NCBI GenBank assembly: GCA_963817955.1
Contig: CAWFQK010000004.1
Location: forward strand, 352,001 to 416,000
Reading direction: 5' to 3'
Length of the DNA: 64,000 nt
Origin: an uncultured Gemmatimonadaceae bacterium
GTDB lineage: Bacteria; Gemmatimonadota; Gemmatimonadetes; Gemmatimonadales; Gemmatimonadaceae
Made by a program: the position numbers and the translations under genes. Below are positions 24,585 to 34,704 of the stretch, piece by piece (within the stretch, counting starts at the first letter, position 1; every line of letters starts with the position of its first letter). Under the pieces are notes generated by a model. That model had not been told where the DNA came from. It saw only the letters and a list, made by a program, of their open reading frames with translations, and ran no database searches.

Positions 24585-25409
24585 GTGGCATCGCTCTTTC
24601 ATCGTGATGCGATCTTCTTGATCGCCGGACCGTGTGTACTCGAGGACGACGCGCTCAATCTGCGCGTTGCAGACCATCTCGCCCGCCTCGCCGAGTCGGT
24701 GCCGGGCGGGATCATCTTCAAGGCAAGCTTCGACAAGGCCAATCGCTCGAACGCCGGGGCGCATCGCGGGCCCGGACTCGATGAAGGTCTCGCCGCGCTT
24801 GCGCGCGTGCGGGCGCAGACCGGATTGGCCATCCTGACCGACGTGCATCTCCCCGAACAGTGCGCGGCGGCGGCAGAAGTCGTGGACGTCCTCCAGATTC
24901 CCGCCTTTCTCTGCCGTCAGACGGACCTGCTCGTCGCCGCTGGTGCAACGGGCAAAGCAGTGAACGTGAAGAAAGGCCAATGGATGCACCCCGACGGCAT
25001 GACGGGCGCCGTCGACAAAGTACGCTCCGCACGCCCATGGCCAATCGAGGATCACTCATCACTCGAAGCGGTCACCGAACGCGGCACCTTTTTTGGCTAC
25101 GGCGATCTGGTGGTAGACATGCGTTGCTTCACGCGCATGCGGCAGGCATGCGATACACCAGTGATCTTCGACGCGACCCACAGCGTGCAACGGCCAGGGC
25201 AGGGCGCCGGCGGCGCGAGCGGCGGCGCACGCGAATTCATACCGTCTCTCACGCTTGCTGCCTGCGCGGCCGGGGCCGACGGTTTGTTCCTCGAGACGCA
25301 CCCCGATCCCGATCACGCGCCGAGCGACGGCCCGAACATGATTCCACTCGATCGCCTCGATGATCTGATCGAGCGCGCGGTGGACATCTGGGACCGCGTG
25401 TCGCGGTGA
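24585..25409 (+). CDS. kdsA: KDO8P synthase
   Basis: IAGPCVLE, KASFDKANRS, QIPAFLCRQTDL, DATHSVQ. Confidence 0.96.
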   Translation: MASLFHRDAIFLIAGPCVLEDDALNLRVADHLARLAESVPGGIIFKASFDKANRSNAGAHRGPGLDEGLAALARVRAQTGLAILTDVHLPEQCAAAAEVVDVLQIPAFLCRQTDLLVAAGATGKAVNVKKGQWMHPDGMTGAVDKVRSARPWPIEDHSSLEAVTERGTFFGYGDLVVDMRCFTRMRQACDTPVIFDATHSVQRPGQGAGGASGGAREFIPSLTLAACAAGADGLFLETHPDPDHAPSDGPNMIPLDRLDDLIERAVDIWDRVSR

Positions 25410-25978
25410 TCGATACGAAGCTGGCGGGCTCCATCAAGCTGGTTGCCTTCGATGTGGACGGCGTCATGACCGACGGCGGCATCTACCTTGGCGACGTGGA
25501 CGGCGCGCGCATCGAATTCAAACGATATGAGATTCAAGATGGTCTGGGAATCGCCATGCTCCGCCTCGTGGACATTCCGGTTGCGATCGTGACCGGGCGC
25601 GTGTCGGAAAGCGTACGGCTGCGCGCCCTGGAACTGGGAATCCACCCGGACGACGTGGCGCAGGATCCTGACGGCCACAAGCTGGCGGGTTTCATGCGCA
25701 TTCTCGAACGCCGTGGAATCACGCTCCAGGAGACCGCCTTCGTCGGCGACGATTTCCCCGACGTGGCGCTGCTGCGGATCGTCGGATTGCCCGTGGCGGT
25801 TGGCAACGCCGTGCCTGAAGTTCGTGCAATCTGTCGCCATCAGCTGACACGCACCGGCGGGCGCGGCGCGGTTCGTGAATTCGCCGAAGATCTTCTCACG
25901 GCGCGCGACGAGTGGGACACCGCGTGGAACCGATACGTGGATGCGCGCTCCCACCCCAGAACCGCGCCGGCGGCATGA
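25406..25978 (+). CDS. kdsC: KDO8P phosphatase (HAD family)
   Basis: FDVDGVMTDG, FVGDDFPD, GGRGAVRE. Confidence 0.92.
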   Translation: MIDTKLAGSIKLVAFDVDGVMTDGGIYLGDVDGARIEFKRYEIQDGLGIAMLRLVDIPVAIVTGRVSESVRLRALELGIHPDDVAQDPDGHKLAGFMRILERRGITLQETAFVGDDFPDVALLRIVGLPVAVGNAVPEVRAICRHQLTRTGGRGAVREFAEDLLTARDEWDTAWNRYVDARSHPRTAPAA

Positions 25979-26940
25979 GTGACGCTGAGATCGTCGAGCG
26001 CGGCAAACGCGTCATTCGCCTGGAGCGTGAGGCGCTCACCGAGATCGAGAATCGTCTCGGTGGCGAGTTCGCTCATGCGGTGACGCTCATTGCCAACTCA
26101 CCTGGCCGCGTCATCGTGGCCGGCGTGGGTAAGTCGGGCCTCATTGGCCGAAAGATCGCCGCGACGCTGACTTCGACCGGCACGCCAGCGACCTTCCTCC
26201 ATCCGGCAGACAGCGTCCACGGCGACCTCGGAATCGTCGGCAGCACTGACGTGGCCATTCTCATTTCGAAGAGCGGCGAGTCCGACGAACTGCTGTCCCT
26301 GTTGGCGCATTTGAAAGGCTTCGGGGTACCAACCATCGCCATCACTGGCCAAGGCCATTCGGCGTTGGGACGGAATTGCGATGTCTCGCTCGATGCCGGG
26401 GTGCGCGAGGAAGCCTGCCCCCACGATCTTGCGCCGACATCGAGTACCACAGCCGCCCTCGTGCTGGGTGACGCGCTCGCGGTGGCGTTGCTGCAGGAAA
26501 AGGGATTTCAACGCGGGGACTTCGCTCGGATTCACCCGGGGGGAGCGCTCGGACGAAAGCTGGTGGTTCAGGTCGAAGAGATCATGCTGCGTGACGAGCT
26601 GCCGGTGTTGCGCCACGACGATACCATGCGCCAGGCGATCGTGATGATTGCGGAACGGCGCGGCGTTGCCGTCGTCGTGGATGCGCAGCATCGGGTGGAA
26701 GGCGTGCTCACCGCGGGCGACCTGAGCCGGATGATCGAGCGCGGAGGAGATATCCTCCCCGTAACCGTACGAACTGTCATGACCAAGAATCCGAAACTCG
26801 CCCGCGCCGGCGAGTTGGCCAGCGCGGTCGCATATCGCATGGAGCAACACGGCATCATGGCCATTCCGGTCGTCGACGACGCTGATACACTGATAGGCGT
26901 CGTGCACCTTCATGACCTCATGCGGGCCAGGGTCATATGA
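25975..26940 (+). CDS. kdsD: Arabinose-5-phosphate isomerase (SIS + CBS)
   Basis: GVGKSG, HGDLG, APTSSTT, HPGGALG. Confidence 0.95.
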   Translation: MSDAEIVERGKRVIRLEREALTEIENRLGGEFAHAVTLIANSPGRVIVAGVGKSGLIGRKIAATLTSTGTPATFLHPADSVHGDLGIVGSTDVAILISKSGESDELLSLLAHLKGFGVPTIAITGQGHSALGRNCDVSLDAGVREEACPHDLAPTSSTTAALVLGDALAVALLQEKGFQRGDFARIHPGGALGRKLVVQVEEIMLRDELPVLRHDDTMRQAIVMIAERRGVAVVVDAQHRVEGVLTAGDLSRMIERGGDILPVTVRTVMTKNPKLARAGELASAVAYRMEQHGIMAIPVVDDADTLIGVVHLHDLMRARVI

Positions 26941-27488
26941 TGCGCCGCATGCTATTGGCCTGCGTCGCCTGCGTCGCGGTTGCGGCAGGGGCCTGTCAGG
27001 GCGCAAAGCAGCCTCCCGTTGTCGCCGGTCCCGGAGCGGCAGACAGTGCGGACCAGGTCCTGTTTCACGCCCAATACCTGCTCACCACCAACGGAATCCA
27101 GCGCGGCAATCTCGTTGCCGACACCGCGTACGTACTCGACGACCAGACGCGTTTCGACCTGCGCAAGGCCCACGCGACGTTCACCACCGAGACTGGCACG
27201 CCGCAGGGCACCATGGACGCCAAACGGGCCGTGTACAGCACCCGGACGCAAATCCTGGAGGGCTGGGGAGACGTGTTGGTGAAATTCGTCGACGGACGAT
27301 CGCTCGCGTCGCCACACGTGATCTTCAATCAGATCACGCACCAGATCTCGAGCGATACGACGTACACGCTCACCCGCGGCGCGGACTCGCAGCATGGCAT
27401 CGGTTTTACGTCGAACCAGACGTTCTCGACGCTCACGTGCCAGCGCGCCTGCGGCGGGACCACCTCCGTGTTGTTTCCGGAGAAATGA
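26937..27488 (+). CDS. lptC: LPS export protein LptC (predicted lipoprotein)
   Basis: Position after kdsD; lipobox-like AGAC; beta-rich jellyroll-type sequence. Confidence 0.75.
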   Translation: MMRRMLLACVACVAVAAGACQGAKQPPVVAGPGAADSADQVLFHAQYLLTTNGIQRGNLVADTAYVLDDQTRFDLRKAHATFTTETGTPQGTMDAKRAVYSTRTQILEGWGDVLVKFVDGRSLASPHVIFNQITHQISSDTTYTLTRGADSQHGIGFTSNQTFSTLTCQRACGGTTSVLFPEK

Positions 27489-28882
27489 TCACGCGCTGGG
27501 TTCGGTTCGTGATGGTCCTCGCTGCGTGGGCCTTGCCACCAGCGCTCGCCGCCCAACGTCCAACGCAATGCACGCTTGTGGAGCAGCCGACCACGCACCT
27601 CCGCTCAGACTCGACGGCGGCAGGGCAGGTATTGTTCATTGGCGGAGGCGTCCTCATTCGATGTCCCGGCCGCGGCACGACGCTGCGCGGCGACAGCGCC
27701 GAACGCTATCCCGACCATGACTACATGGTGGGCCACGTCGTGTATGACGAGCCGCGGTTCCACGTCACGTCTGACTTTCTGAACTACTTCCCGGTCGACG
27801 CACGCGTCGTCGCTGTGGGCAACGTCAATGCACGTCTGCCCACCGGCAGCACGCTCGTCGGCCCCGTCGCTGAATACCTGCGCGCTGTGCCCGGCCTGCG
27901 CCCCCGCAAACAGATACGGGCGCGCGCACGTCCGACGATCACAATCGTCGAGAAGGATTCGGCTGGAAAGGCGATGCCTCCAATGGTCGTCGTCGCCAAC
28001 GAGGTATTCATGGACGGCGACAGCCTCATCTACGGCAGCGGTCAGGTGACGATTACGCGGCCCGAACAAAGCGCCACGGCGGATTCAGCCTTCATTGACG
28101 AGGGCCGCGAGACGATGCGCCTGATGCGCAATCCGGTACTCAGCGGCAAGAAGGATCGTCCGTTCACGTTGAAGGGCGATCTCATCGACATGTTCTCGCA
28201 GAACCGCAAGCTGCAGCGCGTCCTTGCCAGCGCCAACGCCACTGCGGTGAGCGACTCGATGACGCTGAAATCGGATACTATTGACTTGCGCGTTCAGAAC
28301 GATTTGCTCGATCATGCATACGCCTGGGGAAAGACCAGCCGTGCCCGCGCCCTCTCGCCGTCGCAGAACCTGCTCGCCGATTCTCTCGACGTGCTCATGC
28401 CGAATCAGAAGGTGCAACTCGTGCGCGCGCTGAACAGCGCTTTCGCTGCTGGCAAGCCGGACACCACGCGGTTCAAGCTCGAGAAGCCAGATACCATCGA
28501 TTGGCTGGCAGGCGACACGATCGTCGCGCATTTCGACAGTCTTCCGGCCAAGGACACGTCGAAGGCGCCGAGCATCAAGCGACTCGTCTCGTCGGGACAC
28601 GCCAGATCGCTCTACCATATGGCGCCAAGCGACACTGCAGAACGCCGCCCCGCCATTAATTACATGACCGCGCGGATCATCACCGTAGAGTTCGACAAGG
28701 GTAAAGTGGCGACGGTAACCACCGTGGACTCCGTTGTCGGCGTCTTCGTAGAGCCGCGGGCGGACAGCACCGCCCGCTCCGGAAAGGCTATCCCCGGGAC
28801 CCCAGGGACGCCGCCGGGTAAGACACCAGCCAAGCCGGTGCCTCCTAAGTCGATCGTTCCTCTTCCACCAAAGCGGCCGTGA
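27485..28882 (+). CDS. Long LptA/OstA-like periplasmic protein
   Basis: Signal peptide; repeated L.GD/ADS..D strand motifs; lies between lptC and lptB; Pro/Lys-rich tail. Confidence 0.65.
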   Translation: MITRWVRFVMVLAAWALPPALAAQRPTQCTLVEQPTTHLRSDSTAAGQVLFIGGGVLIRCPGRGTTLRGDSAERYPDHDYMVGHVVYDEPRFHVTSDFLNYFPVDARVVAVGNVNARLPTGSTLVGPVAEYLRAVPGLRPRKQIRARARPTITIVEKDSAGKAMPPMVVVANEVFMDGDSLIYGSGQVTITRPEQSATADSAFIDEGRETMRLMRNPVLSGKKDRPFTLKGDLIDMFSQNRKLQRVLASANATAVSDSMTLKSDTIDLRVQNDLLDHAYAWGKTSRARALSPSQNLLADSLDVLMPNQKVQLVRALNSAFAAGKPDTTRFKLEKPDTIDWLAGDTIVAHFDSLPAKDTSKAPSIKRLVSSGHARSLYHMAPSDTAERRPAINYMTARIITVEFDKGKVATVTTVDSVVGVFVEPRADSTARSGKAIPGTPGTPPGKTPAKPVPPKSIVPLPPKRP

Positions 28883-30117
28883 CCGGACCGTCAGAATTCA
28901 TCCGCGTTCGCGCCTTCGTCGACCAGCTCGCCCGCGGCGACCGCTCGACGGCGCTCGCCCTCCACGCCCTGATCAGTGCTTCAGACGCAACGGGCGTCGC
29001 CGACTTCGACCAGGCGGCGCGAGTCTACCGCGACGACCACTTGGCGGCCCTTCGGGCCAGCGGGCACGACGCCGAGCGAGAAGCGGGCCGGCTGAGCCTG
29101 GATGAGGTTCGAGCCCACCTCTCAAACTCAGTGTTTCCGCGCCTGGCTGCCGACGGCGTGATTGCGCCACAGCCGCCCGGGCAACCTTGGTCTGCGGTGC
29201 AGCTTACCGCGCGCGTGTGGAGCGACATCAGCTCGATCCGCGATGAAGTCGCGACCGCGTTCCGCGAGACAGGGGAGCATCCCGGCGTTCCGGGCGATGG
29301 CGCGGCAGCTCCGGCCCTGGAACGGCCAGTACCGATGGCCGGCGGGAGCGTCCTCGAGGCCAAAGGGTTGGTCAAAGCCTACCGTCGCCGCCGTGTCGTA
29401 AACGACGTGGCCCTCCGATTGCAACAAGGGGAGATCGTCGGACTGCTGGGCCCGAATGGCGCCGGTAAAACTACGGTGTTCTACATGATCGTGGGTCTCA
29501 TTCAGCCGCTCGCTGGCACGATTGAGATGGACGGCGTCGATATCACGTCAATGGCGATGTACAAGCGGGCCCGGCGGGGAATCGGGTACCTTTCTCAGGA
29601 GCCCTCGATCTTTCGCAAGCTGTCCGTCGAAGACAACATCTTGGCAATTCTCGAGACGTTGAAATTGTCAGCGAGCGAACGACGCACTCGGCTGGAAACG
29701 CTTCTCAACGAACTGAGCATCGAGCACCTGCGACACTTAAAAGCATTCGCGTTATCGGGCGGCGAACGTCGCCGCCTCGAGATCACTCGGGCGTTGGTGA
29801 CCCAACCAAAGTTCATGATGTTGGACGAGCCGTTTGCCGGGGTTGATCCCATTGCCGTGAACGACATCCAGCAGATCGTCGCCAACCTCCGACATCGCGG
29901 CATTGGCGTGCTGATCAGCGATCACAACGTGGAGCAGACCCTGGACATCGTCGATCGCGCCTACATCATGTTCGACGGGCAGGTCAAAGTGTCCGGGACC
30001 GTGCGGGAACTGGTGTTCGATGATACCGTTGCTGACAGCTATCTTGGTCCCACGTTGACAGCGCGTCTCCGCGCTCGATTCGCGGCCGCAGATGAAGGGG
30101 AGCGGATCGCCACATGA
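28879..30117 (+). CDS. lptB: LPS export ABC ATPase LptB with ~155-aa N-terminal extension
   Basis: GLLGPNGAGKTT, YLSQEPSIFRKL, LSGGERRRLEI, LDEPFAGVDP, DHNV. Confidence 0.93.
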   Translation: MTGPSEFIRVRAFVDQLARGDRSTALALHALISASDATGVADFDQAARVYRDDHLAALRASGHDAEREAGRLSLDEVRAHLSNSVFPRLAADGVIAPQPPGQPWSAVQLTARVWSDISSIRDEVATAFRETGEHPGVPGDGAAAPALERPVPMAGGSVLEAKGLVKAYRRRRVVNDVALRLQQGEIVGLLGPNGAGKTTVFYMIVGLIQPLAGTIEMDGVDITSMAMYKRARRGIGYLSQEPSIFRKLSVEDNILAILETLKLSASERRTRLETLLNELSIEHLRHLKAFALSGGERRRLEITRALVTQPKFMMLDEPFAGVDPIAVNDIQQIVANLRHRGIGVLISDHNVEQTLDIVDRAYIMFDGQVKVSGTVRELVFDDTVADSYLGPTLTARLRARFAAADEGERIAT

Positions 30118-31583
30118 AAGCTGGACTCTCCCAGAGTACGCAGCTGAAGCAGGAGCTGAAGATCAATCCACGCCTGTATCAGGCGATGGATTTACTCTAC
30201 ATGCCGCTGCTGGATCTTCAGCAGCACCTGAAGCAGGAACTGCTGAACAATCCTTTCCTCGATATGGTCGAGGACGAGGAGGAGGAAGAGGAATCCGAGG
30301 AGGAAACCGTCGAGGCGGAAACGCAGACGGAATCGGAAGAGAAGACCGACCACGACGAAATCGACTGGGAAGAGATCCTCCTCGACGGCTTCGATGCTGG
30401 CGGCCGCCGCGAAGAGCACGAGGAGCGCGAATACTACGAGCCGGTCACCGTCGATTCTCGGGATCTGTCCGATCACCTGCTCGACCAGATTACGCTGCTC
30501 GATCTCACGCCACGCGAGCAGTTCCTTGCAGACGAATTCGTCGGCAACGTCAACGAGGATGGCTACCTCGCCTGTCCACTCGACGACTTGCTCACCACGG
30601 TGAACGACGCGGTGGTGCAGGCCGCCGAAGCACTCGATCGGACGACTGATGACCTGCCGTTGTACACGCGCCGGGAAATCGACGAGATGCTGGTCGTCAT
30701 CCAGGCGCTCGATCCGCCGGGCGTCGGCGCGCGCGACCTGCGCGAGTGCCTCATGCTGCAGCTCAGGGAGGCGGGGCTCGAGCAGTCGGTGCCGTATCGG
30801 CTCGTGCGCGACTGCTTTGACGAGTTGATCAACCACCGCTGGAGCGAGATTTCCAAGCGATTCGGCATCAGCCCGGGCGATGTGCAGAAGGCAGCCGACG
30901 AGATCAAGAAGCTTGATCCCAAGCCGGGCCTCGTGTACTCGGCGGCGAGTGACAATTACATCATCCCGGATCTGATCGTCGACAAGATCGACGGCAAGTA
31001 TCACGTCTTCCTCAATGACGCCAATCTCCCGCGGCTCAAGCTGAGCCGCGCCTATCAGGAGATCGCGCGTGACAAGAAGAAATTCGAGGGTGAGAGCAAG
31101 GAGTTCATCTCCAACAAGCTCAATTCGGCGAACTGGATGATTCAGGCCATCGAGCAACGCCGGCAGACGATGCTGAAGGTGATGAACTACATCGTGGACC
31201 GGCAGCGCGACTTCTTCGAGAAAGGCGTGCAGTACCTCAAGCCCCTCACGCTCCGCGAAGTGGCGGAAGTCATCAACATGCACGAGTCCACCGTGAGCCG
31301 CGTGACGAATGAGAAGTTCGTGCAGACGCCGCGCGGTGTGCTGCCGCTCAAGTTCTTCTTCTCGTCCGGCCTGTCGACCACGGCCGGCGAAGACGTCTCG
31401 GCGCGTGGTATCAAGGCACAAATCGAGAAGCTCGTGTCAGACGAGGACCCGAAGCATCCGCTCACCGACCAGGCGATCGTGAACATCCTGAAGGAGAGCG
31501 GTGTCCAGATCGCCCGCCGCACGGTGGCGAAATACCGGGATCAGTTGGGAGTGCTCTCGGCACGCATGCGCAAGCGGGTATGA
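30114..31583 (+). CDS. rpoN: RNA polymerase sigma-54 factor
   Basis: MHESTVSRV, RpoN box ARRTVAKYR. Confidence 0.97.
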   Translation: MKAGLSQSTQLKQELKINPRLYQAMDLLYMPLLDLQQHLKQELLNNPFLDMVEDEEEEEESEEETVEAETQTESEEKTDHDEIDWEEILLDGFDAGGRREEHEEREYYEPVTVDSRDLSDHLLDQITLLDLTPREQFLADEFVGNVNEDGYLACPLDDLLTTVNDAVVQAAEALDRTTDDLPLYTRREIDEMLVVIQALDPPGVGARDLRECLMLQLREAGLEQSVPYRLVRDCFDELINHRWSEISKRFGISPGDVQKAADEIKKLDPKPGLVYSAASDNYIIPDLIVDKIDGKYHVFLNDANLPRLKLSRAYQEIARDKKKFEGESKEFISNKLNSANWMIQAIEQRRQTMLKVMNYIVDRQRDFFEKGVQYLKPLTLREVAEVINMHESTVSRVTNEKFVQTPRGVLPLKFFFSSGLSTTAGEDVSARGIKAQIEKLVSDEDPKHPLTDQAIVNILKESGVQIARRTVAKYRDQLGVLSARMRKRV

Positions 31584-32590
31584 CATCCACCTCGGGAGTG
31601 AGCTCGGTGCCCCCCGCTCACGCACCCCACGCCACTCGCCCGCCGTCACCCGCTGTCGATGTCTCCGTGCTCGTCCCCGCCAAGGACGAGGCGGAGAACC
31701 TGCCGTTGTTCATGGAGCAGGCGGCCGTCGCCTTTTCGTCGTCACCGCACCGCTTCGAGGTCATCGTCATCGACGACGGCAGCACCGACGGCACCTGGGC
31801 GGTGCTGCAGGCGCTGGCCCAGCAGTATCCCTTTCTGCGGCTGGCGCGGCATCGCTCCCGACGCGGCATCGCCGATGCGTTGCGCACGGGCTACCTTGAT
31901 GCACGTGGCGACGTGCTGGTGTTCTATCCCGCCGACCTCCAGTTCAAGCCGGAAGACATACCGCGTCTCACCGCGCCGATCCTCGCGGGCGACGCCGATA
32001 TGGTCACCGGCTTCAAAGAAGGGAAGTACGAAAAGGCGTTCGTCTCAGGCATCTACAACCTCCTGAGCCGCACGCTGTTTCACGTGCCGGTCAAGGATCT
32101 GAATTCCGTGAAGGCGTATCGTCGCGAGATCATGGACGCGCTGCCGATCCGCCCCGACTGGCACCGCTACATGATCGTCATCGCCGCGGCGCAGGGATTC
32201 ACCGTGACCGAGATCCCGGTCCCCCTGTATCCGCGCCATGCCGGCAAGTCAAAGTTCGGCTTGTCACGCATTCCCGTCGGCGTGCTCGACATGCTCGCGG
32301 TCTGGTTCGAGCTGCGCTTTGGCCAGAAGCCACTGCTGCTGTTCGGCATGCTCGGCGCCGGGCTGTTCGCCATTGGGGCATTCGCCGGCCTGGCCGCGCT
32401 CGGCGTGCTGGTATTTGCCGATGTCGGATACCGATCGGTGTGGACCGTCATTCAGACCTGTCTCATCGTCGGCAGCGTGCTGTTCGCGACCGGGCTCCTC
32501 GGCGAACAGATCGCCGGTCAACGCGCGCAACTCCGCGAGATCCGCCGCCAACTCGACGAGCTCGCCGGGCCGCGCATCAAAGATCGCTAA
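31580..32590 (+). CDS. GT2 glycosyltransferase with C-terminal TM pair (GtrB/ArnC-like)
   Basis: VLVPAKDE, IDDGSTDGT, ADLQ..EDI, HRY, two C-terminal TM helices. Confidence 0.88.
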   Translation: MTSTSGVSSVPPAHAPHATRPPSPAVDVSVLVPAKDEAENLPLFMEQAAVAFSSSPHRFEVIVIDDGSTDGTWAVLQALAQQYPFLRLARHRSRRGIADALRTGYLDARGDVLVFYPADLQFKPEDIPRLTAPILAGDADMVTGFKEGKYEKAFVSGIYNLLSRTLFHVPVKDLNSVKAYRREIMDALPIRPDWHRYMIVIAAAQGFTVTEIPVPLYPRHAGKSKFGLSRIPVGVLDMLAVWFELRFGQKPLLLFGMLGAGLFAIGAFAGLAALGVLVFADVGYRSVWTVIQTCLIVGSVLFATGLLGEQIAGQRAQLREIRRQLDELAGPRIKDR

Positions 32591-32594
32591 TCAC

Positions 32595-33764
32595 GTGAAA
32601 GTCCTCTTCCTGACGCATTCCTTTCCGCGCCGTCCCGGCGACGCGCCCGGATCCTTCGTCCTGCGCCTCGCCACCGCCCTGCGGGGTGAGGGCGTCGAGA
32701 CGAGCGTCGTCGCGCCGGCCGCGCCCGGACTCGATCATCATGACCGCCTCGACGACATTTCCGTCGAACGCTTCCGGTACGCGCCGCGCCGGTACGAGAC
32801 GCTGGCCTATGGCGGCAACATGGCGGGCCAGGTGCAGGCATCGTGGAGTGCCAAGGTCACGATGCTTGGCTTCCTCGGCGCGGAATTCCGGTCGGCGGTG
32901 CACGTGCGACGTGCGTTCGAACCCGACGTCGTGCACGCACACTGGTGGTTTCCGAACGGCCTGGTTGGCACCTGGCTGAGCCGCCTGGCGCACAAGCCAC
33001 TCGTCACAACGCTGCATGGAACCGACGTGAGGCTGGCGCGCTCGGTCGCGTTCGCGCGCCCGGCATTCCGGCACGTCATGCACCACTCGGCCGCGATCAC
33101 CGCCGTGTCACGATGGCTGGCCAACGAGGCACAACAAGTCGTCTCGACGCCGGCACCGATCGTTGCGCCAATGCCCGTGGCGACGGATCTCTTCTCACCG
33201 GGCGGCAGGCGGCTCGGTGATCGGCTGCTCTTTGTCGGCCGATTGAACAGACAGAAGGGCATCGAACTCTTGCTGCACGCGTTGGCTCGCATACCCGACA
33301 CGGCGCTCTCGCTGGACGTCGTGGGCGACGGCGAGGACCGCGAAACACTGCGGGAGCTGGCGCAGGCGCTCGGGCTCGGACATCGCGTGCGCTGGCACGG
33401 CGCGCTGCCGCAAACCCGCCTCGTCGACTTTTACCGTGCCGCGACGGCGCTCGTCGTGCCCTCGGTCGGTGAAGGATTGGGTCTTGTCGCGGTCGAAGCG
33501 CAGCTCTGTGAAACGCCAGTCGTCGCATTCGATTCCGGCGGATTGTCCGATGTCGTGCAACACGATCGCACCGGCGTGCTCGTGCCTGACGTCGACGCTG
33601 CGGCACTGGCCGCTGCGCTGGGTTCCCTCCTTGAGCGCGACGATCGCGGCGCATCCCTCGGCGCCGCAGGCCGTCTCCATGCGCTCGCCACCTTTGCCCC
33701 CGAGTCGGTTGCCCGACGTTACGCCGACATCTACCGTTCCGCCATCGCCAGCTCGCCGAAATAA
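32595..33764 (+). CDS. GT4 (GT-B) glycosyltransferase
   Basis: HAHWWFP, TTLHGTD, FVGRL..KG, EGLGLVAVEA. Confidence 0.9.
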   Translation: MKVLFLTHSFPRRPGDAPGSFVLRLATALRGEGVETSVVAPAAPGLDHHDRLDDISVERFRYAPRRYETLAYGGNMAGQVQASWSAKVTMLGFLGAEFRSAVHVRRAFEPDVVHAHWWFPNGLVGTWLSRLAHKPLVTTLHGTDVRLARSVAFARPAFRHVMHHSAAITAVSRWLANEAQQVVSTPAPIVAPMPVATDLFSPGGRRLGDRLLFVGRLNRQKGIELLLHALARIPDTALSLDVVGDGEDRETLRELAQALGLGHRVRWHGALPQTRLVDFYRAATALVVPSVGEGLGLVAVEAQLCETPVVAFDSGGLSDVVQHDRTGVLVPDVDAAALAAALGSLLERDDRGASLGAAGRLHALATFAPESVARRYADIYRSAIASSPK

Positions 33765-34704
33765 GCTCTGGATCGCCGCGCAGATCGTCATCACGGCGGT
33801 CGTTCTCTGGTTCGTCGGGAGCAAGCTGGTCGATGCATGGACGAAGTTTCGCGGGACCCCCATCGATGTTCATCCACGATGGGGGATGATTGCGCTGTCG
33901 TGCGTCGTCGTGCTCGCGACCTACGCGGTGCTCATCGAAACATGGCGGCGCATCATCATTGCGTGGGGCGATCACCTCGGCTTCGTCGACGCGGCACGCA
34001 TCTGGTGTGTGTCCAATCTCGGGCGCTACGTCCCCGGCAAGGTCTGGCAAATCGGCGTGATGGCGAAGCTGGCGCGGGAACGCAGCGTCTCCGTCAGCGC
34101 CGCCGCGGGCTCGGCGATCGTGAACACCGTCGTCAACATCGCCACGGGTTTCGTCGTCGCATTGATCGCGGGATGGTCGACGGCAGACCGTCTGACTGAA
34201 GGACACGCCAGCCTCGGCATCGCGCTCGCGGTCCTGTTGATCGCGGGATTGCTGATGCTCCCGGCGTTGCTGCCATGGGTGCTGCGCTTCGTGCGGCGCA
34301 CCACTGGGCGCACCATCACCTTGGGCGTCCTGCCGCGCAGCGCGATCTATCTGTCCATCGTCGGGAACGTCATCGCATGGGCACTCTATGGTGTTGCCTT
34401 TCAGATTTTTGTCGCCGGGGTCATTGGCGCGACGCCTGGGCGCACCTCTGACTACATCGCGGTGTATGCGTCCTCGTATATCATCGGTTATCTTGCGCTG
34501 GCCATTCCCGGCGGCGCTGGCGTGCGTGAGGGGGCGTTGATCGACGCGCTAGTGATTTTGAATTTGGCGACGGTGGGGCAGGCCACCGTGGTCGCAGTAA
34601 CGTCGCGCATCTGGCTCATCGTGTTCGAAATACTACCGGCTCTCATCTTCCTGGCGCGTGGCGCGCGCCGACCACCCCAGCGAGTGACGGCTCGAGATGG
34701 CTAA
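33709..34704 (+). CDS. Lysylphosphatidylglycerol-synthase-like TM / flippase-like membrane protein
   Basis: SNLGRYVPGKVW, PGGAGVRE, several hydrophobic helices; start approximate. Confidence 0.75.
   Translation: MPDVTPTSTVPPSPARRNKLWIAAQIVITAVVLWFVGSKLVDAWTKFRGTPIDVHPRWGMIALSCVVVLATYAVLIETWRRIIIAWGDHLGFVDAARIWCVSNLGRYVPGKVWQIGVMAKLARERSVSVSAAAGSAIVNTVVNIATGFVVALIAGWSTADRLTEGHASLGIALAVLLIAGLLMLPALLPWVLRFVRRTTGRTITLGVLPRSAIYLSIVGNVIAWALYGVAFQIFVAGVIGATPGRTSDYIAVYASSYIIGYLALAIPGGAGVREGALIDALVILNLATVGQATVVAVTSRIWLIVFEILPALIFLARGARRPPQRVTARDG

Noticed and set aside
30268..30360. GAG-rich low-complexity tract
   Set aside because: Encodes the ordinary acidic region II of sigma-54
32595..33764. GT4 with TTLHGTD as BshA
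   Set aside because: Has HAHWWFP rather than the BshA-type HYAIPH and sits in an envelope glycosylation cluster
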